From an uncultured Candidatus Rokubacteria bacterium (lineage in GTDB: Bacteria; Methylomirabilota; Methylomirabilia; Rokubacteriales; CSP1-6): 64,000 bases of DNA. The translations under genes and the position numbers were made by a program. Of this stretch, positions 31,204 to 41,656 are shown in pieces. The notes under the pieces were generated by a model, which saw only the letters and a program-made list of their open reading frames with translations, did no database searches and was not told where the DNA came from. Location of the stretch: assembly GCA_963789955.1 (NCBI GenBank), contig CAWBMV010000037.1:448001-512000 (forward strand), given 5' to 3'. Within the stretch, counting starts at the first letter, position 1. Every line of letters starts with the position of its first letter.

Positions 31204-31575
31204 ATGTCCGAGCTCGCAGGCCTTCACGTTCTGGTGATCGACGACGACCAGCTGGCCCGCCATTTCCTGCGATCAGTGCTCGAGTTCTCGGGCGCGGTCG
31301 TCACCGCCGCCAGCACCGGGGATGCCCTGCGGGCCGCGCTCATCGCCGACGTCATCGTCTGCGACCTGGCGTCGGCGGAGGCGGCCGGGCGCGAGTTCAT
31401 CGTGCAACTCCAGCAGGTGCACGTGCGCCTGGGTCGCAGTGTCCCGGTCATCGCGCTGCTGCCGGCCGGCGTCCGCAGCGCGCGCACCCGTGCCGCCGGC
31501 TTCCAGATGCATCTGATGAAGCCCGTCGACGGCGACGAGCTCCGCGCCGCGGTGCTCGAGATGGCTCGCCGCTAG
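31204..31575 (+). CDS. Single-domain response regulator
   Basis: VIDDD, VCDL, AGFQMHLMKPVD. Confidence 0.8.
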   Translation: MSELAGLHVLVIDDDQLARHFLRSVLEFSGAVVTAASTGDALRAALIADVIVCDLASAEAAGREFIVQLQQVHVRLGRSVPVIALLPAGVRSARTRAAGFQMHLMKPVDGDELRAAVLEMARR

Positions 31576-31613
31576 CTCCACACCGCTCCGATCGTCCCGC
31601 GGTCCGCCGAGCT

Positions 31614-32289
31614 CTAGAGCGCGATCAGCCCTTGTCGCACGCCGAACGTGACCGCCTCCGTGCGGCTCGCGGCGCCCAGCTTGGCCAGGATCGAGGCCAC
31701 GTGGAACTTCACCGTCTGGCTCGAGATCCCGAGCCGCGCCGCAATGGTCCGATTGCTCATTCCTTCAGCCAGCATCTCGAGGATCTCGAGCTCGCGTGGT
31801 GTCAGCACCGGCGCGCGATCGCGGCGCTCCGCCGCGCGCGCCTCGGCCGACGCCTTGCAGCGCATCGGGATGAAGGACGACGAGGCCGGCTTTGGCGGCG
31901 GCGATCGCCGCGCCGAGCTCCTCGGCGGTCGCGTCGTCGCGAAGGACCGCGCGAACCCCCGCGCGGCGCGCCTGGGCCGTCCAGGCCGCGAGCGGATCAG
32001 ACGCGAGAAGCACCACGGCCGCGACACCCGGGAACCCGCGAAGGATCTCGAGCGCCTTCGCCGTCGCGTCCGACGACAGCGCCAGCACGACGACGGCAAG
32101 AGCGTGGTCCTCGAGACGGCGTCCGAGCTCCGCTGAGCCGCTGACCGTCACGGAGAGATCGGAGCGGCTCCGCAGCATCGCCTCGATGCGCGCGGCGACC
32201 AGCCCACTGCCGGCGACCACGAGAACCGGGGTCGAACGCTCGCGCTCGCTTTCGCGCGAAGGAAGTCGCCGGCGCTCCGCCACGCTCAC
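31614..32289 (-). CDS. NarL/LuxR-family regulator with degenerate receiver (frameshift near 31865)
   Basis: LTPRELEIL..GMSNRTIAARLGIS..TVKFHVASILAKL..SRTEAV; receiver lacks the acidic pocket. Confidence 0.85.
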
Positions 32290-32840
32290 ACCCGTGCGCC
32301 GCGCACGAAGTGAGTGACCTGACTCATGGGCACCGCCAGGGCCAAGGGGCCGGCGGCCCGCGAGTTCACTCCGACGACACGTCCGGCGGCGTCGGCGAGC
32401 GGGCCGCCGGAGTTACCGGGCGCCAGGCGCAGGTCCGCCTGTATCCACGAGCGGCCGCGCCGATCGATCGGCCCGACCGCGCAGACGATCCCGGTCGCCA
32501 GCGCGCCACGAACCCCGAGCGGATGGCCGACGGCGGCGACGAACGATCCGATCCGGATGCTCTCGGACTCCGCGACGGACGCGGATGGCAGGCCCGTCCC
32601 GGGCACGCCGAGCAGCGCGAGGTCGGCGTCGGAGTCGCGGGCCAGCACGCGCGCGTGGACGCATCGGCCGTCGACCAGTCGCAGGGTCACCTCGGGGCGT
32701 CGCACGACGTGCGCGTTCGTGACGACGAAGCCCTGCGGCCACAGCACGCCGGATCCCAGAAGCTCACCGGCGTCGGTCACCTCCACGGTCACCCGGCGCA
32801 GCTGCTCCGCCAGGGCCGCGATGTCGATCACCGCGTTCAT
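32286..32840 (-). CDS. Trypsin-like (S1C) serine protease without PDZ
   Basis: Catalytic triad motifs TNAH, DLALL, PGNSGGP. Confidence 0.88.
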   Translation of the reverse strand: MNAVIDIAALAEQLRRVTVEVTDAGELLGSGVLWPQGFVVTNAHVVRRPEVTLRLVDGRCVHARVLARDSDADLALLGVPGTGLPSASVAESESIRIGSFVAAVGHPLGVRGALATGIVCAVGPIDRRGRSWIQADLRLAPGNSGGPLADAAGRVVGVNSRAAGPLALAVPMSQVTHFVRGARV

Positions 32841-32862
32841 GGCTCTTCCTTCCTCGGCGCGC

Positions 32863-33765
32863 CTAGGTGCGCCGCGGGCGCTCGCCGACGGTCACCGGCA
32901 AGTCTCTCGGCTCGCCGCCGCGAAGTACCGACGCGGTGATGCTCTCGCCGACGCGATCCGGCCTGAGGGTCGCCTTGAGATCGGTCGGATCGGTGATGCG
33001 ATTGGCGCCGAGCGAGACGATCACGTCGCCGATCGAGAAGCCCGCCGCGGCGGCCGGGCTGCCCGACTGCACCTCGACGACGATCACGGCGGTCTGCTGA
33101 TCGAGCGCGAGGCGCTGCCGCAGCTGTTCCGGCAGACGCACGGGCTGGGTGCTCACGCCCAGGTACGCGCGCGGAATCCGGCCGCGGCGCAATAGCTCGT
33201 CGACGACACGATTCACCGCCGCCGCGGGAATGGCGAGGTGCCAGTGCCGCGAGGCGCCCGAGGTGTTGATGCCGACGACGCGTCCCTGCACGTCGACCAG
33301 TGGGCCGCCGGAGAAGCCCGGATAGAGCGTGAGGTCGAGGTGGAGCAGCTCGGTCGCCGCGCCGCGCGCTCGTTTTCCTTCGCCGATCGAGCTCACCACG
33401 CCCCAGCTCGCTCGCGGGCCGGCGCCGAGCGCCAGCACGATGTGGCCGACACGGACCGCGTCCGAGTCGGCGATGTCGGCCACGGGGACGCCGGGCGCGT
33501 CGACCTTGAGCACGGCGAGGTCGATCGTCGGGTCACGGCCGGCGACCCGTGCCGTGAGGGCGCGGCCGTCGGGGCCGGTGATCGTCACTTCCTCGTCGGC
33601 GTGCACCGTGTGGTCGGCGGTCACCACCAGGCCCGGGCGCCAGTGCACACCAGTCGATGCGAGCCGGGGGCGTCCGGCGACCGTGAAGACCGCGCGCCCG
33701 GCGCGCTCGACCGCCGTGGCGAGATCGTTCGAAAGGCTCTGCAGTCCGTCCATTCGATCCTCCAT
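32863..33765 (-). CDS. HtrA-like serine protease with PDZ, no signal peptide
   Basis: TADH, DLAVL, PGFSGGP, YLGV, SPAAAAG..GDVI. Confidence 0.88.
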   Translation of the reverse strand: MEDRMDGLQSLSNDLATAVERAGRAVFTVAGRPRLASTGVHWRPGLVVTADHTVHADEEVTITGPDGRALTARVAGRDPTIDLAVLKVDAPGVPVADIADSDAVRVGHIVLALGAGPRASWGVVSSIGEGKRARGAATELLHLDLTLYPGFSGGPLVDVQGRVVGINTSGASRHWHLAIPAAAVNRVVDELLRRGRIPRAYLGVSTQPVRLPEQLRQRLALDQQTAVIVVEVQSGSPAAAAGFSIGDVIVSLGANRITDPTDLKATLRPDRVGESITASVLRGGEPRDLPVTVGERPRRT

Positions 33766-33870
33766 CGATCAGGGTATCGTTCACCGCCAGCATGCTCGCC
33801 TGGGATCGGGCAAGGAATCGCCCGAATGGGTGGGCGGTGAGAATGGTACGGAGGGTGCTGCTCGGCGCCT

Positions 33871-35068
33871 CTAGTGGCCGGAGCCCGGGACCGCGACGCC
33901 CTTGAAGGTCGCGAGGCGCTTGGCCATGGGCGTATTGCGGCTCCGCCCGACGCGCACCTGGCCATCGACGACGACGCAGGAGATGCCGGGGATGTCGCCC
34001 CTCGCGATCGCCGTCAGCGCGTCGGCCGCGAGCGACGCCGACGGCGCGTCACACACGACCAGATCGGCCGGGGCCCCCACCGCGATCGTCCCGGTACCGG
34101 ATGCCAGGCGAAAGGCGCGCGTGTTGTTGCCGGTGGCAAGCGCGATGACGACCTCCGGCGGGAGATCACCGAGCGAGGCGAGCTCGCAGATGCTCTTGAG
34201 GACGCCCAGGGGCATCACGCCGGTTCCGGTCGGCGTGTCGCTGGCGACGCACACGCGCGGCAAGGCGCCGGCTTCACGCGCCTGTTGCACGATGTGGAGC
34301 GCCGAACGCAGGTTGCCGGCCTGGACGATCTGCAAGGCCATCTGCGACTCGGCGATGATCCGGTCGATCCCGCGCTCGTCGAGCGACGTCGTGCCGCCGT
34401 TGACGTGGCCGCACACGTCGGGTCTCAGCTGCAAGAGGACCTCGTGGTTGATCGGGCTCGAGCCGGGGATGGACGAGCCGCCGCTGTGCGACATGACGCA
34501 CAGACCGTGCTTCTGGGCCAGACGCACCTCGGGCTCGCCGTCCCACGGCTGCGCGTAGCCGCCGAAGCCGTACTTCGCGTGACGCACGCCGTGCCTCGCC
34601 ATCTCGGCGAAGTCCTCCGTCCGTGAGCCCCGGCTCGAGCACCACCGAGCCCGCGTTGACCTTCATGCCGTTCGGATGAAAATGCTCGAAGCACTTCGCC
34701 GCGGCGATCGCCAGCGCCTTCGACCGCGGCCGCATCGTGCGGCCGGCCGGGCGCGTGCACCCCTTCGCCCGCCGACACCACCGCAGGTGATCCCGCCGTG
34801 CACGTACGAGTCGAGGAAATCCACCGTCTTCTGTCTGGGCGTGTAGTCCCCCAGCACCACATGGCAGTGCGAATCGATCAACCCCGGAATCACCGTCGTC
34901 CCCAAACAATCCACGACCACATCCGCCGCCACCGCGCCAGTCCGAGAAGCCGCCCCAATCGCCGCGATCCGCCCGTCCGTCGACCAGAATCGCCTCAGCC
35001 TCAAGCCGAGGCGCCGTCAGCACTCCGGTCGCAACCGCTCCGATGTTCACGAGACCTAGCGTTGGCAC
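33871..35068 (-). CDS. Enamidase-like amidohydrolase (several frameshifts, 34610-34990)
   Basis: IPGLIDSHCHVVLGDYTPRQ..VHGGIT, SHSGGSSIPGS, GHVNGG, SDTPTGTGV.PLG. Confidence 0.8.
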
Positions 35069-35101
35069 GAAGCCTCCTGAGGATTCACGTGTGCGCGTTG
35101 A

Positions 35102-35272
35102 CAGGTCGACGGGGGTGGCGGCCGGGTGCGGTCGGGGTCGAAGGGACCAGTTCCCTCCAAGCGCCAGCGGACGTCAAGCGCCCGGATGGAGCCCAGACCG
35201 AGCGGGCAGCGCACGCGTGCCGCGTGGTCGTCTCGACCCCGACCGCGCCCGGCCGCCACCCCCGTCGGCCTG
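35102..35272. repeat. MITE/REP-like element: 48-bp imperfect inverted repeats around a 75-bp spacer
   Basis: 35102-35149 CAGGTCGACGGGGGTGGCGGCCGGGTGCGGTCGGGGTCGAAGGGACCA is near-complementary to 35225-35272. Confidence 0.8.
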
Positions 35273-35293
35273 CCGCATCGCGCACGCGACGCA

Positions 35294-36739
35294 TCAGTAC
35301 TCGCCGAGGCAACGGTCGACCAGAGCTTTGGCCGCTGCTCCAGTCGTACGACCGGAACATGCGGCGGTTGACGACGGGCTGCGACGCCGAGTAGAACATC
35401 TCGTACTGGAGCTGGCGCCCGCCGAACTCGGTGCCGACGAAGTCCCAGATGAGCTTCACGAGCTTGATGCGCTCGCGCGCCCCGATGCCCGCCGCCTGGT
35501 AGTAGCGCTCGGTGTCGGCGCGCGTCTCCGCGCTGGTGAACGCGGCCTCCGACGACGGCACGGTCTGGAACGCGCCGCCCGCCAGCTCACGGAGCGTGCG
35601 CATCATGTCCACGATCAGCCGCCGCTGGAGCCCCATGCCGGCGTAGATGTACTGCGGGTGCGGCCGCGCGTACCCGCGCGTGATCAGCGGATCAGCGCTC
35701 GGCGGCCTTGACGAGCGCGTCGAACGCCGCGCACAGGGACGCGATCTCGCCGCCGAGCGTGGCCTGGACGCCGGCGTCTCCCGTCCGCGGTCTGGATCTC
35801 GGCGAGGCGCATCGCCAGGCCGGCCATGAACTCGAGCTTCACGCCGAACCGGACCAGCGCCTGGAAGTTCGCCGTCGTGTGCGAAGGCGAGTCGTGGAAC
35901 TGCGCGTTGACGAGGTCCACGTTCCGGTAGATGAAGACCTGCTCCCAGGGCACGACGACGTCGTTGAAGACGACGGTGGTGTCGACCTCGTCGAAGCGGG
36001 ACGAGAGCGGGTAGTCGAAGACGCTCGTCGCCTGCGAGGCAAACGGCCGCCGCGGATAGAGGCGCAGCCCCTCGGCGTTCATCGGCATGACGAGTGAGAT
36101 CGCGTAGTCCTCGTCACCCGGCACCAGCGGCGTGATGTAGGAGACGAAGAGCCAGTCGGCCATCGTCGCGGAGGTGGCGATCGCGTGGGCCCCGCGAACC
36201 ACGATACCGGCCGACGTCTCGCGCACCACGCCCGGATGCAGGAACGGCTCTGGGTGACGATGCGCGGGCCGCGAGCGGTCTACCTGCGGCGGCACGATCG
36301 CATAGGTCACGTAGAGATCTTCGTCGCGAGCGCGCGCGTAGAAGCGCTCCACGTGGTCGCCGAAGCGCGCGCCGCCGCCGTCGAAGAGGTGGCGCCAGGC
36401 CGAGAAGGCCGTGAGCACGCACGCCACGTGGTCGGGCGTACGCCCCATGAGCCCGAACGAGGGCTCGGCCCAGAACCGATGGAGGCGCCGGCGCGCGGCG
36501 AGATCCTCGGCCGAGCGCGGCACGAGCCACATGTTGCTGTGGCGCGCCCCCGTCGTCGCATCGGCGAACGTGAGGGCCGGGTCATTCTCGGCGGCCTTCG
36601 CGCGATCGTAGGTCTCGGCGATTCTCCGGATGGGCTCGACGAACGCCGGGTGCTTGGTGACGTCGTCCACATGCTCGCCGTCGAGGTACACCGCCCGCCC
36701 GTCCCGGAGACTCGCGACGTACGCGTCACCACGGCGCAT
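35294..36739 (-). CDS. 4-hydroxyphenylacetate 3-hydroxylase (HpaB)-family flavin monooxygenase (frameshifts in the 3' third)
   Basis: YVASLRDGRAVYLDGE, GLMGRTPDH, PPQVDR, DYPLSSRFDE, WDFVGTEFGGR..YEMFY. Confidence 0.88.
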
Positions 36740-36822
36740 AAGCGCGCCAACCTTGCCACAGGCCGCCGGTAATGACAAACGCCGGTCGCTCGCCGGCCGA
36801 GGCGCCACCATGATTCGTGATA

Positions 36823-37338
36823 ATGTCCGGCACCGTGAGGCGCCCGCCCCTCGCCGTCGTGCTCGTCGCCCTCGTGATGCTGGCGCTCGGCGAGACGGCC
36901 GGCGCCGCGATGTCGCGGCTCAAGCCCGAGATCCAGCGCTACGCCGCGGCTCGTGTCGCCGCCAATCCGGCGGCCCACGGCGTCTCCGGCTCGGCCGAGT
37001 ACGACGACGAGGTCCGCGATCGCGCGATCTTCACCGCCGAGGCCGGCCTGTCGTTCTTTCACCTGCACGGCGAGGGCGTCGGCCTGGTGCTGTTCTTTTC
37101 GACCGCGCTGGTCGCGGCCGTCGTGCCCTCGTGCCGCGCGCGCACCGTCCTTTATGTGCTGCTGACGCTCGGCGGGCTCTTTCCGCTCGGCTATCTCGTG
37201 TACGGCGCCGCCGTGCTCGAGCTCGGGCGCGACGCCGGCACCGAGCTGGCCGAGCGCTGGCTCCTCACGCCGCTCGGGATCTCGGCGATCGCGGGGCTCG
37301 TCGGCCTGTGGCTCGCGGCCGCGCGTCGGCACCCATGA
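36823..37338 (+). CDS. Uncharacterised membrane protein with FHLHGEG motif
   Basis: About 4 hydrophobic helices; paralog of the next gene. Confidence 0.7.
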   Translation: MSGTVRRPPLAVVLVALVMLALGETAGAAMSRLKPEIQRYAAARVAANPAAHGVSGSAEYDDEVRDRAIFTAEAGLSFFHLHGEGVGLVLFFSTALVAAVVPSCRARTVLYVLLTLGGLFPLGYLVYGAAVLELGRDAGTELAERWLLTPLGISAIAGLVGLWLAAARRHP

Positions 37339-37880
37339 CCGACGCCGAGTCCCCTACCTGGCGAATCCCGCCGCGCTGGGTGCTGCTCGTCGCCGTGCTC
37401 TCGATCGTCGCGGCCGAAGTCGGCGGCGGCTCGATGGCGCGCTTCAAGGTCGAGCTGACCCGCTGGGCTCGCGACGGCATGCTCGCGCACCCCACCGTCC
37501 ACGGCCTGGTCGGCGTGCGCGACGTCGACGAGCGCATCCTCGACGAGGCGCTGGTGAAGTTCGACGCGGGACTCCGGCTCTTTCACATGCACGCGGAGGG
37601 CATGGGGCTCGTGATCATCGCCACCTCGATGGTCGCGGCCACCGTGATCCGGAGCGTCGCGACGCGCCGGGCGATCATCGCCCTTCTCACGGCGGGCGGG
37701 GCGGGCTATCCTGTCGGCTACCTCGTATGGAGCGCGCTCATCCCGTCGTACGGCCTGGAACGAGCGAAGACGATCGCCGAGTGGCTCGTCTGGGTTCCGT
37801 TCGGCAGCGCCACGATCGTCGCGCTCTGGGGCCTCGCCGGGCTCGTCGCGTGGTCGATGCTCGAGCGAAGACGAGCGTGA
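37335..37880 (+). CDS. Uncharacterised membrane protein with FHMHAEG motif
   Basis: ATGA overlap; shares HGxxG, AGLxxFHxHxEGxGLV and PxGY with the previous gene. Confidence 0.72.
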   Translation: MTDAESPTWRIPPRWVLLVAVLSIVAAEVGGGSMARFKVELTRWARDGMLAHPTVHGLVGVRDVDERILDEALVKFDAGLRLFHMHAEGMGLVIIATSMVAATVIRSVATRRAIIALLTAGGAGYPVGYLVWSALIPSYGLERAKTIAEWLVWVPFGSATIVALWGLAGLVAWSMLERRRA

Positions 37881-38531
37881 CCGGCCGCGCGATCCTCGCT
37901 CCGACCGTCCTCGCCGCGCTCGTGGTGGTCGCCGCGCCCATATCGCCCGCCTCGGCGCATCACGTCGGCGCGTACGTGCCGAAGGACAACGCGATCACGA
38001 CGAACTTCAAGCAAGTGAAGTTCTCGGTTCAGGCCGGCAAGTACGACGTCGCGCGCCGGCTGTTCGACTCGGGCGCGCTGCGGGCCGAGATGCGCGCTCA
38101 CGCCGCAACTCTGCCGGCCGGCCTCGAGGACGGCACGCGCGCCGCGCTCACCGCCGGTGACGGGCCCGAGGTCGAGCGGAGGCTCATGATCTTCTTCGCC
38201 GCGCTCTCGCGCGACCTGGCTCTCGAGGCGGATCGTCAGATCGCGCGACCCGACGCCACGGCCGACAGCCCGTGTCACCACCGGACGCAAGTTCCTCGAG
38301 GCGATCTGGCGCTACTACAACCTCGTCGACTTCGCCGTCGCGTCGCGCGACGACAAGGCCTCGGTCGCCCTCCGCCTCGCGTTCGACGAGGCCGAGACGT
38401 ACGTGAAATCACCGGCCGCCGGGGTCACTCCGGTCGATCCGGCGGGAATCCGGCAGCCGCTCCAGCGAATCGCGCAGGTCCTCTCGACCCTGATCGCAGC
38501 ATCGTCACCGACACCAAGGAGGAGCACATGA
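37877..38531 (+). CDS. Exported alpha-helical hypothetical protein, mature N-terminus His-His (frameshift near 38270)
   Basis: Signal peptide ending PASA followed by HHVG; C-terminus (RKFLEAIWRYYNLVDF..) in a shifted frame overlaps the next ATG. Confidence 0.62.
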
Positions 38532-39745
38532 AGCGCGTGACATGGGGATTCACCGTGCTGGTCGCCATCGCCGCGCTGGTCTGGATCGCGGCGCCGGCCG
38601 TCTCGCAGCAGAAAGTCGTCAAGATCGGCGACCTCGGCTCCAAGGTCGGCGTCTTCGAGGGCTACGGCAAGTATCAGACGTGGGGCATGCAGATGGCGGT
38701 CGAGGAGCTGAACGCCAAGGGCGGCGTCCTCGGCCAGAAGATCGAGATCGTCTCCGAGGACGACGAGACGAAGCCCGCGCCGGCCGTGCGCAAGGCCGAG
38801 AAGCTGATCCTTCAGGACGACGTGAAGCTCCTGGTCGGCGCCGTCTCCAGCGGCGCGACCCTGGCGGTGATGGACGTCACCAAGAAGCACAAGACCATCC
38901 ACTGGAACTCCGTCTCGTGCGCGGAGTTCATGAGGACCACGAAGTTCCACAAGTACTACTTCTCGAACCAGCCGGACTCGCGGATGCAGGCCACCGGCCT
39001 GGCCAAGTACATCGTCGACAAGATGGGCAAGAAGGTCTACATCTTCTACACCGACTACGCGATGGGCCAGTCGGACGGGCGCCAGTTCAAGACCGCGCTC
39101 GAGAAGCTCGGCGGCGAGGTGGTCGGCGTCGCCGGCGCGCCGCTGGACACCAAGGACTTCAGCCCCTGGTTCGGCGCCATCAACCAGTCGGGTCCCGACG
39201 TGCTGTTCCTCGCCTTCGCCGGCACCGACTCGCTCCGGCTGATGACCCAGCTGCACTCGTTCGGCATGACGAAGAAGTACAAGCTCGCCGGCATCGACTG
39301 CTTCCTCCTGCAGCAAGACCTGCCGTCGATCGCCGAGCCGATGGAAGGCTTCGTGCAGCTGAACCACTTCTCGCCGTACAACCCCGACGCGAACATGCAG
39401 GCCTACAACGCGCGGTTCAAGAAGAAGTTCGGCACCGACGCCAACATCGCCGCCGGCTCCTACGACGCGGTGCTGTTCTGGGCGGCCGCGGTCGAGAAGG
39501 CCAAGTCGTTCGATCCCGACAAGGTGGCCGAGGCGCACGAGGGCATGTGTGTCGACAACACCCACATCGGCCGCCAGTGCATCCGCAAGGAAGACCACCA
39601 GGTCATCATGGACATGCACCTCTACCAGGTGAAGGGCGGCAAGAATCTCCCGATCGCCCGCATCGCCGGCAGCGACACGATCGGCGACGCGATGGTCGGC
39701 AAGGATCCGGTGGAAGGGTTCACCTGGGAAATCAAGAAGAAGTAG
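38528..39745 (+). CDS. Branched-chain amino acid-type ABC substrate-binding protein
   Basis: Signal peptide, VEELNAKGGVLGQKIE..EDD, DYAMGQ; AGGAGG RBS. Confidence 0.92.
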   Translation: MKRVTWGFTVLVAIAALVWIAAPAVSQQKVVKIGDLGSKVGVFEGYGKYQTWGMQMAVEELNAKGGVLGQKIEIVSEDDETKPAPAVRKAEKLILQDDVKLLVGAVSSGATLAVMDVTKKHKTIHWNSVSCAEFMRTTKFHKYYFSNQPDSRMQATGLAKYIVDKMGKKVYIFYTDYAMGQSDGRQFKTALEKLGGEVVGVAGAPLDTKDFSPWFGAINQSGPDVLFLAFAGTDSLRLMTQLHSFGMTKKYKLAGIDCFLLQQDLPSIAEPMEGFVQLNHFSPYNPDANMQAYNARFKKKFGTDANIAAGSYDAVLFWAAAVEKAKSFDPDKVAEAHEGMCVDNTHIGRQCIRKEDHQVIMDMHLYQVKGGKNLPIARIAGSDTIGDAMVGKDPVEGFTWEIKKK

Positions 39746-39819
39746 TCGCGGCGGGGGAGTCGAGAGGGGGGCGCAGGCTGTACGCATCTCGTGCAGACGG
39801 AGCCCCCTTCTCCTAAAGA

Positions 39820-40698
39820 ATGGACTATCTCGTCGCGGTCCTGCTGCCGCAGCTCCTGCACGGCCTCGTCTTCGGGGCCGCGCTGGGGCTGCTGGCGCTG
39901 GGCCTGACCGTGATCTTCGGACTGCTCGGCGTCATGAACTTCGCCCACGGCGAGCTGTACATGCTCGGCGCTTACGCCGGGATCGCCGTGATCGGCGTGA
40001 CGCACTCGTTCTGGGCGGCGCTCCTGGTGGGGCCGCTGGCGGTCGGCGCGATCGGTGCCTTGACCGAGGTGACGACGCTCCGGCCCCTCTATCGCCGTGA
40101 GCCCCTCTACGGGCTCATCCTGACATTCGGTCTCGCGCTGGTGTTCCGCGAGGGCGCGCGTCAGATCTGGGGCGGCGACATGCGTCGCATCATGCCGCCG
40201 TTCGCCGGCTCGACGCCCCTGCTCGGCATGACCTATCCGAACTACCGCCTGTTTCTCCTGGCGGCGTCCTCGGCGATCCTCCTGGCGATCTGGCTCTTCT
40301 TCACACGGACCCGCGCGGGCATCCTCGTTCGGGCCGCGGTGCAGGACGCCGAGATGCTCGACGGCCTCGGCGTCAACGTTCCGCGCGTCTTCACCCTGAC
40401 CTTCGCGGGCTCGGCCGCTCTCGCGGCGCTGGCCGGCCTCCTGCTCGCCCCCATCTTCACGGTCTACCCGCAGATGGGCGTGGAGATGATCCTGCTCGCG
40501 TTCATCGTCGTCATCCTCGGCGGCATGGGCTCGATGGGCGGCTCGGTGATCGCCGCCTTCGTCATCGGCCTCGCCCAGAGCCTCTTGACGCTCTGGATGA
40601 ACCCGCAGCGGGTCGCGATCGCGATCTTCGCCATCATGATCGTGATCCTGATCGTCCGGCCCCGGGGATTCTTCGGCCGCGAGGGCGTGCTTGAGTAG
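39820..40698 (+). CDS. LivH-type ABC permease
   Basis: GLTVIFGLLGVMNFAHG, VILGGMGS. Confidence 0.93.
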   Translation: MDYLVAVLLPQLLHGLVFGAALGLLALGLTVIFGLLGVMNFAHGELYMLGAYAGIAVIGVTHSFWAALLVGPLAVGAIGALTEVTTLRPLYRREPLYGLILTFGLALVFREGARQIWGGDMRRIMPPFAGSTPLLGMTYPNYRLFLLAASSAILLAIWLFFTRTRAGILVRAAVQDAEMLDGLGVNVPRVFTLTFAGSAALAALAGLLLAPIFTVYPQMGVEMILLAFIVVILGGMGSMGGSVIAAFVIGLAQSLLTLWMNPQRVAIAIFAIMIVILIVRPRGFFGREGVLE

Positions 40699-41656
40699 AG
40701 CGGTTTATGGGCGCGTGGTTTCGCGGTGGGCGGTGATCGTGTGGTTATTACTGACGCTGCTGCCGGCCGTGCCCTTCATGTCGAAGTTCTATCTCTTGCT
40801 CGCCTTCGACGCGCTCCTCTTCGGTACGATCGCCATGAGCCTCGATCTGCTCATGGGCTACACGGGGCTCGTCTCGTTCGGTCACGCCGCGTTCTTCGGA
40901 CTCGGCGCCTACGCGAGCGCGGTCCTGCTCGAGCGGGGGATCGTGTCGCTGTGGGCGTGCCTTCTCTTCGCGATCCTGGTGGTCGGCCTCTACGCGCTCG
41001 TGGTCAGCTTCTTCGCCACGGCGCGGCGCGGGATCTACTTCGCGCTGCTCACCTTGATCTTCGCCGAGGTCGTGTACACGTTCTTCCGCTACACGCAGAC
41101 CTTCGGCGGCTCGGACGGGATCCAGGGCGTGGCCGCCCCGCGCCTCATCGGCGACTTCGCGATCGACACGCCGCTGCGCAACTACTACCTGGTGCTGGTG
41201 TACCTGGGGCTCGCGTATCTCGCCTGCCGCGTGCTCGTCACCTCGCATTTCGGCCGCGTGCTCGTCGCGATCCGCGAGAACGAGGACCGCGCGCGGTTCC
41301 TCGGCTACAACGTCCAGCGCTACAAGATGGCCGTCTGCATGATCTCGGCGCTGCTCACCGGTCTCGGCGGCGCGCTCTACCCGGGACGCTCGGCGTTCGC
41401 GACGCCCGACCTCATGCTGTGGACCGTCTCGGGCGAGTTCATCATCATGGTCATGATCGGCGGGCTGGGGACCTTGGCGGGCCCCGTCGTCGGCGGCGCA
41501 TTCTTCGTCCTGCTGCAGGAGAAGGTCTCGTCGTACGTGGACTGGTACTTCATCGTGATCGGTCTGGTCCTGATCTTCATCGTCCTGTTCATGCCCAGGG
41601 GCCTGCTCGGGATCCGTGAGCTCCTCGGCGGCCGTCGATGGCGCACGACGGCGTAG
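40691..41656 (+). CDS. LivM-type ABC permease
   Basis: GYTGLVSFGHAAFFG, AIRENE, IGGLGT. Confidence 0.92.
   Translation: MSRAVYGRVVSRWAVIVWLLLTLLPAVPFMSKFYLLLAFDALLFGTIAMSLDLLMGYTGLVSFGHAAFFGLGAYASAVLLERGIVSLWACLLFAILVVGLYALVVSFFATARRGIYFALLTLIFAEVVYTFFRYTQTFGGSDGIQGVAAPRLIGDFAIDTPLRNYYLVLVYLGLAYLACRVLVTSHFGRVLVAIRENEDRARFLGYNVQRYKMAVCMISALLTGLGGALYPGRSAFATPDLMLWTVSGEFIIMVMIGGLGTLAGPVVGGAFFVLLQEKVSSYVDWYFIVIGLVLIFIVLFMPRGLLGIRELLGGRRWRTTA

Noticed and set aside
37727..39745. 672-aa fusion of the hypothetical protein and the SBP
   Set aside because: A frameshift near 38270 explains it; the SBP has its own RBS, ATG (38528) and signal peptide
39750..39815. GC hairpin after the SBP as a terminator
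   Set aside because: There is no U-tract and it lies mid-operon; more likely an ordinary stabilising or REP-like stem
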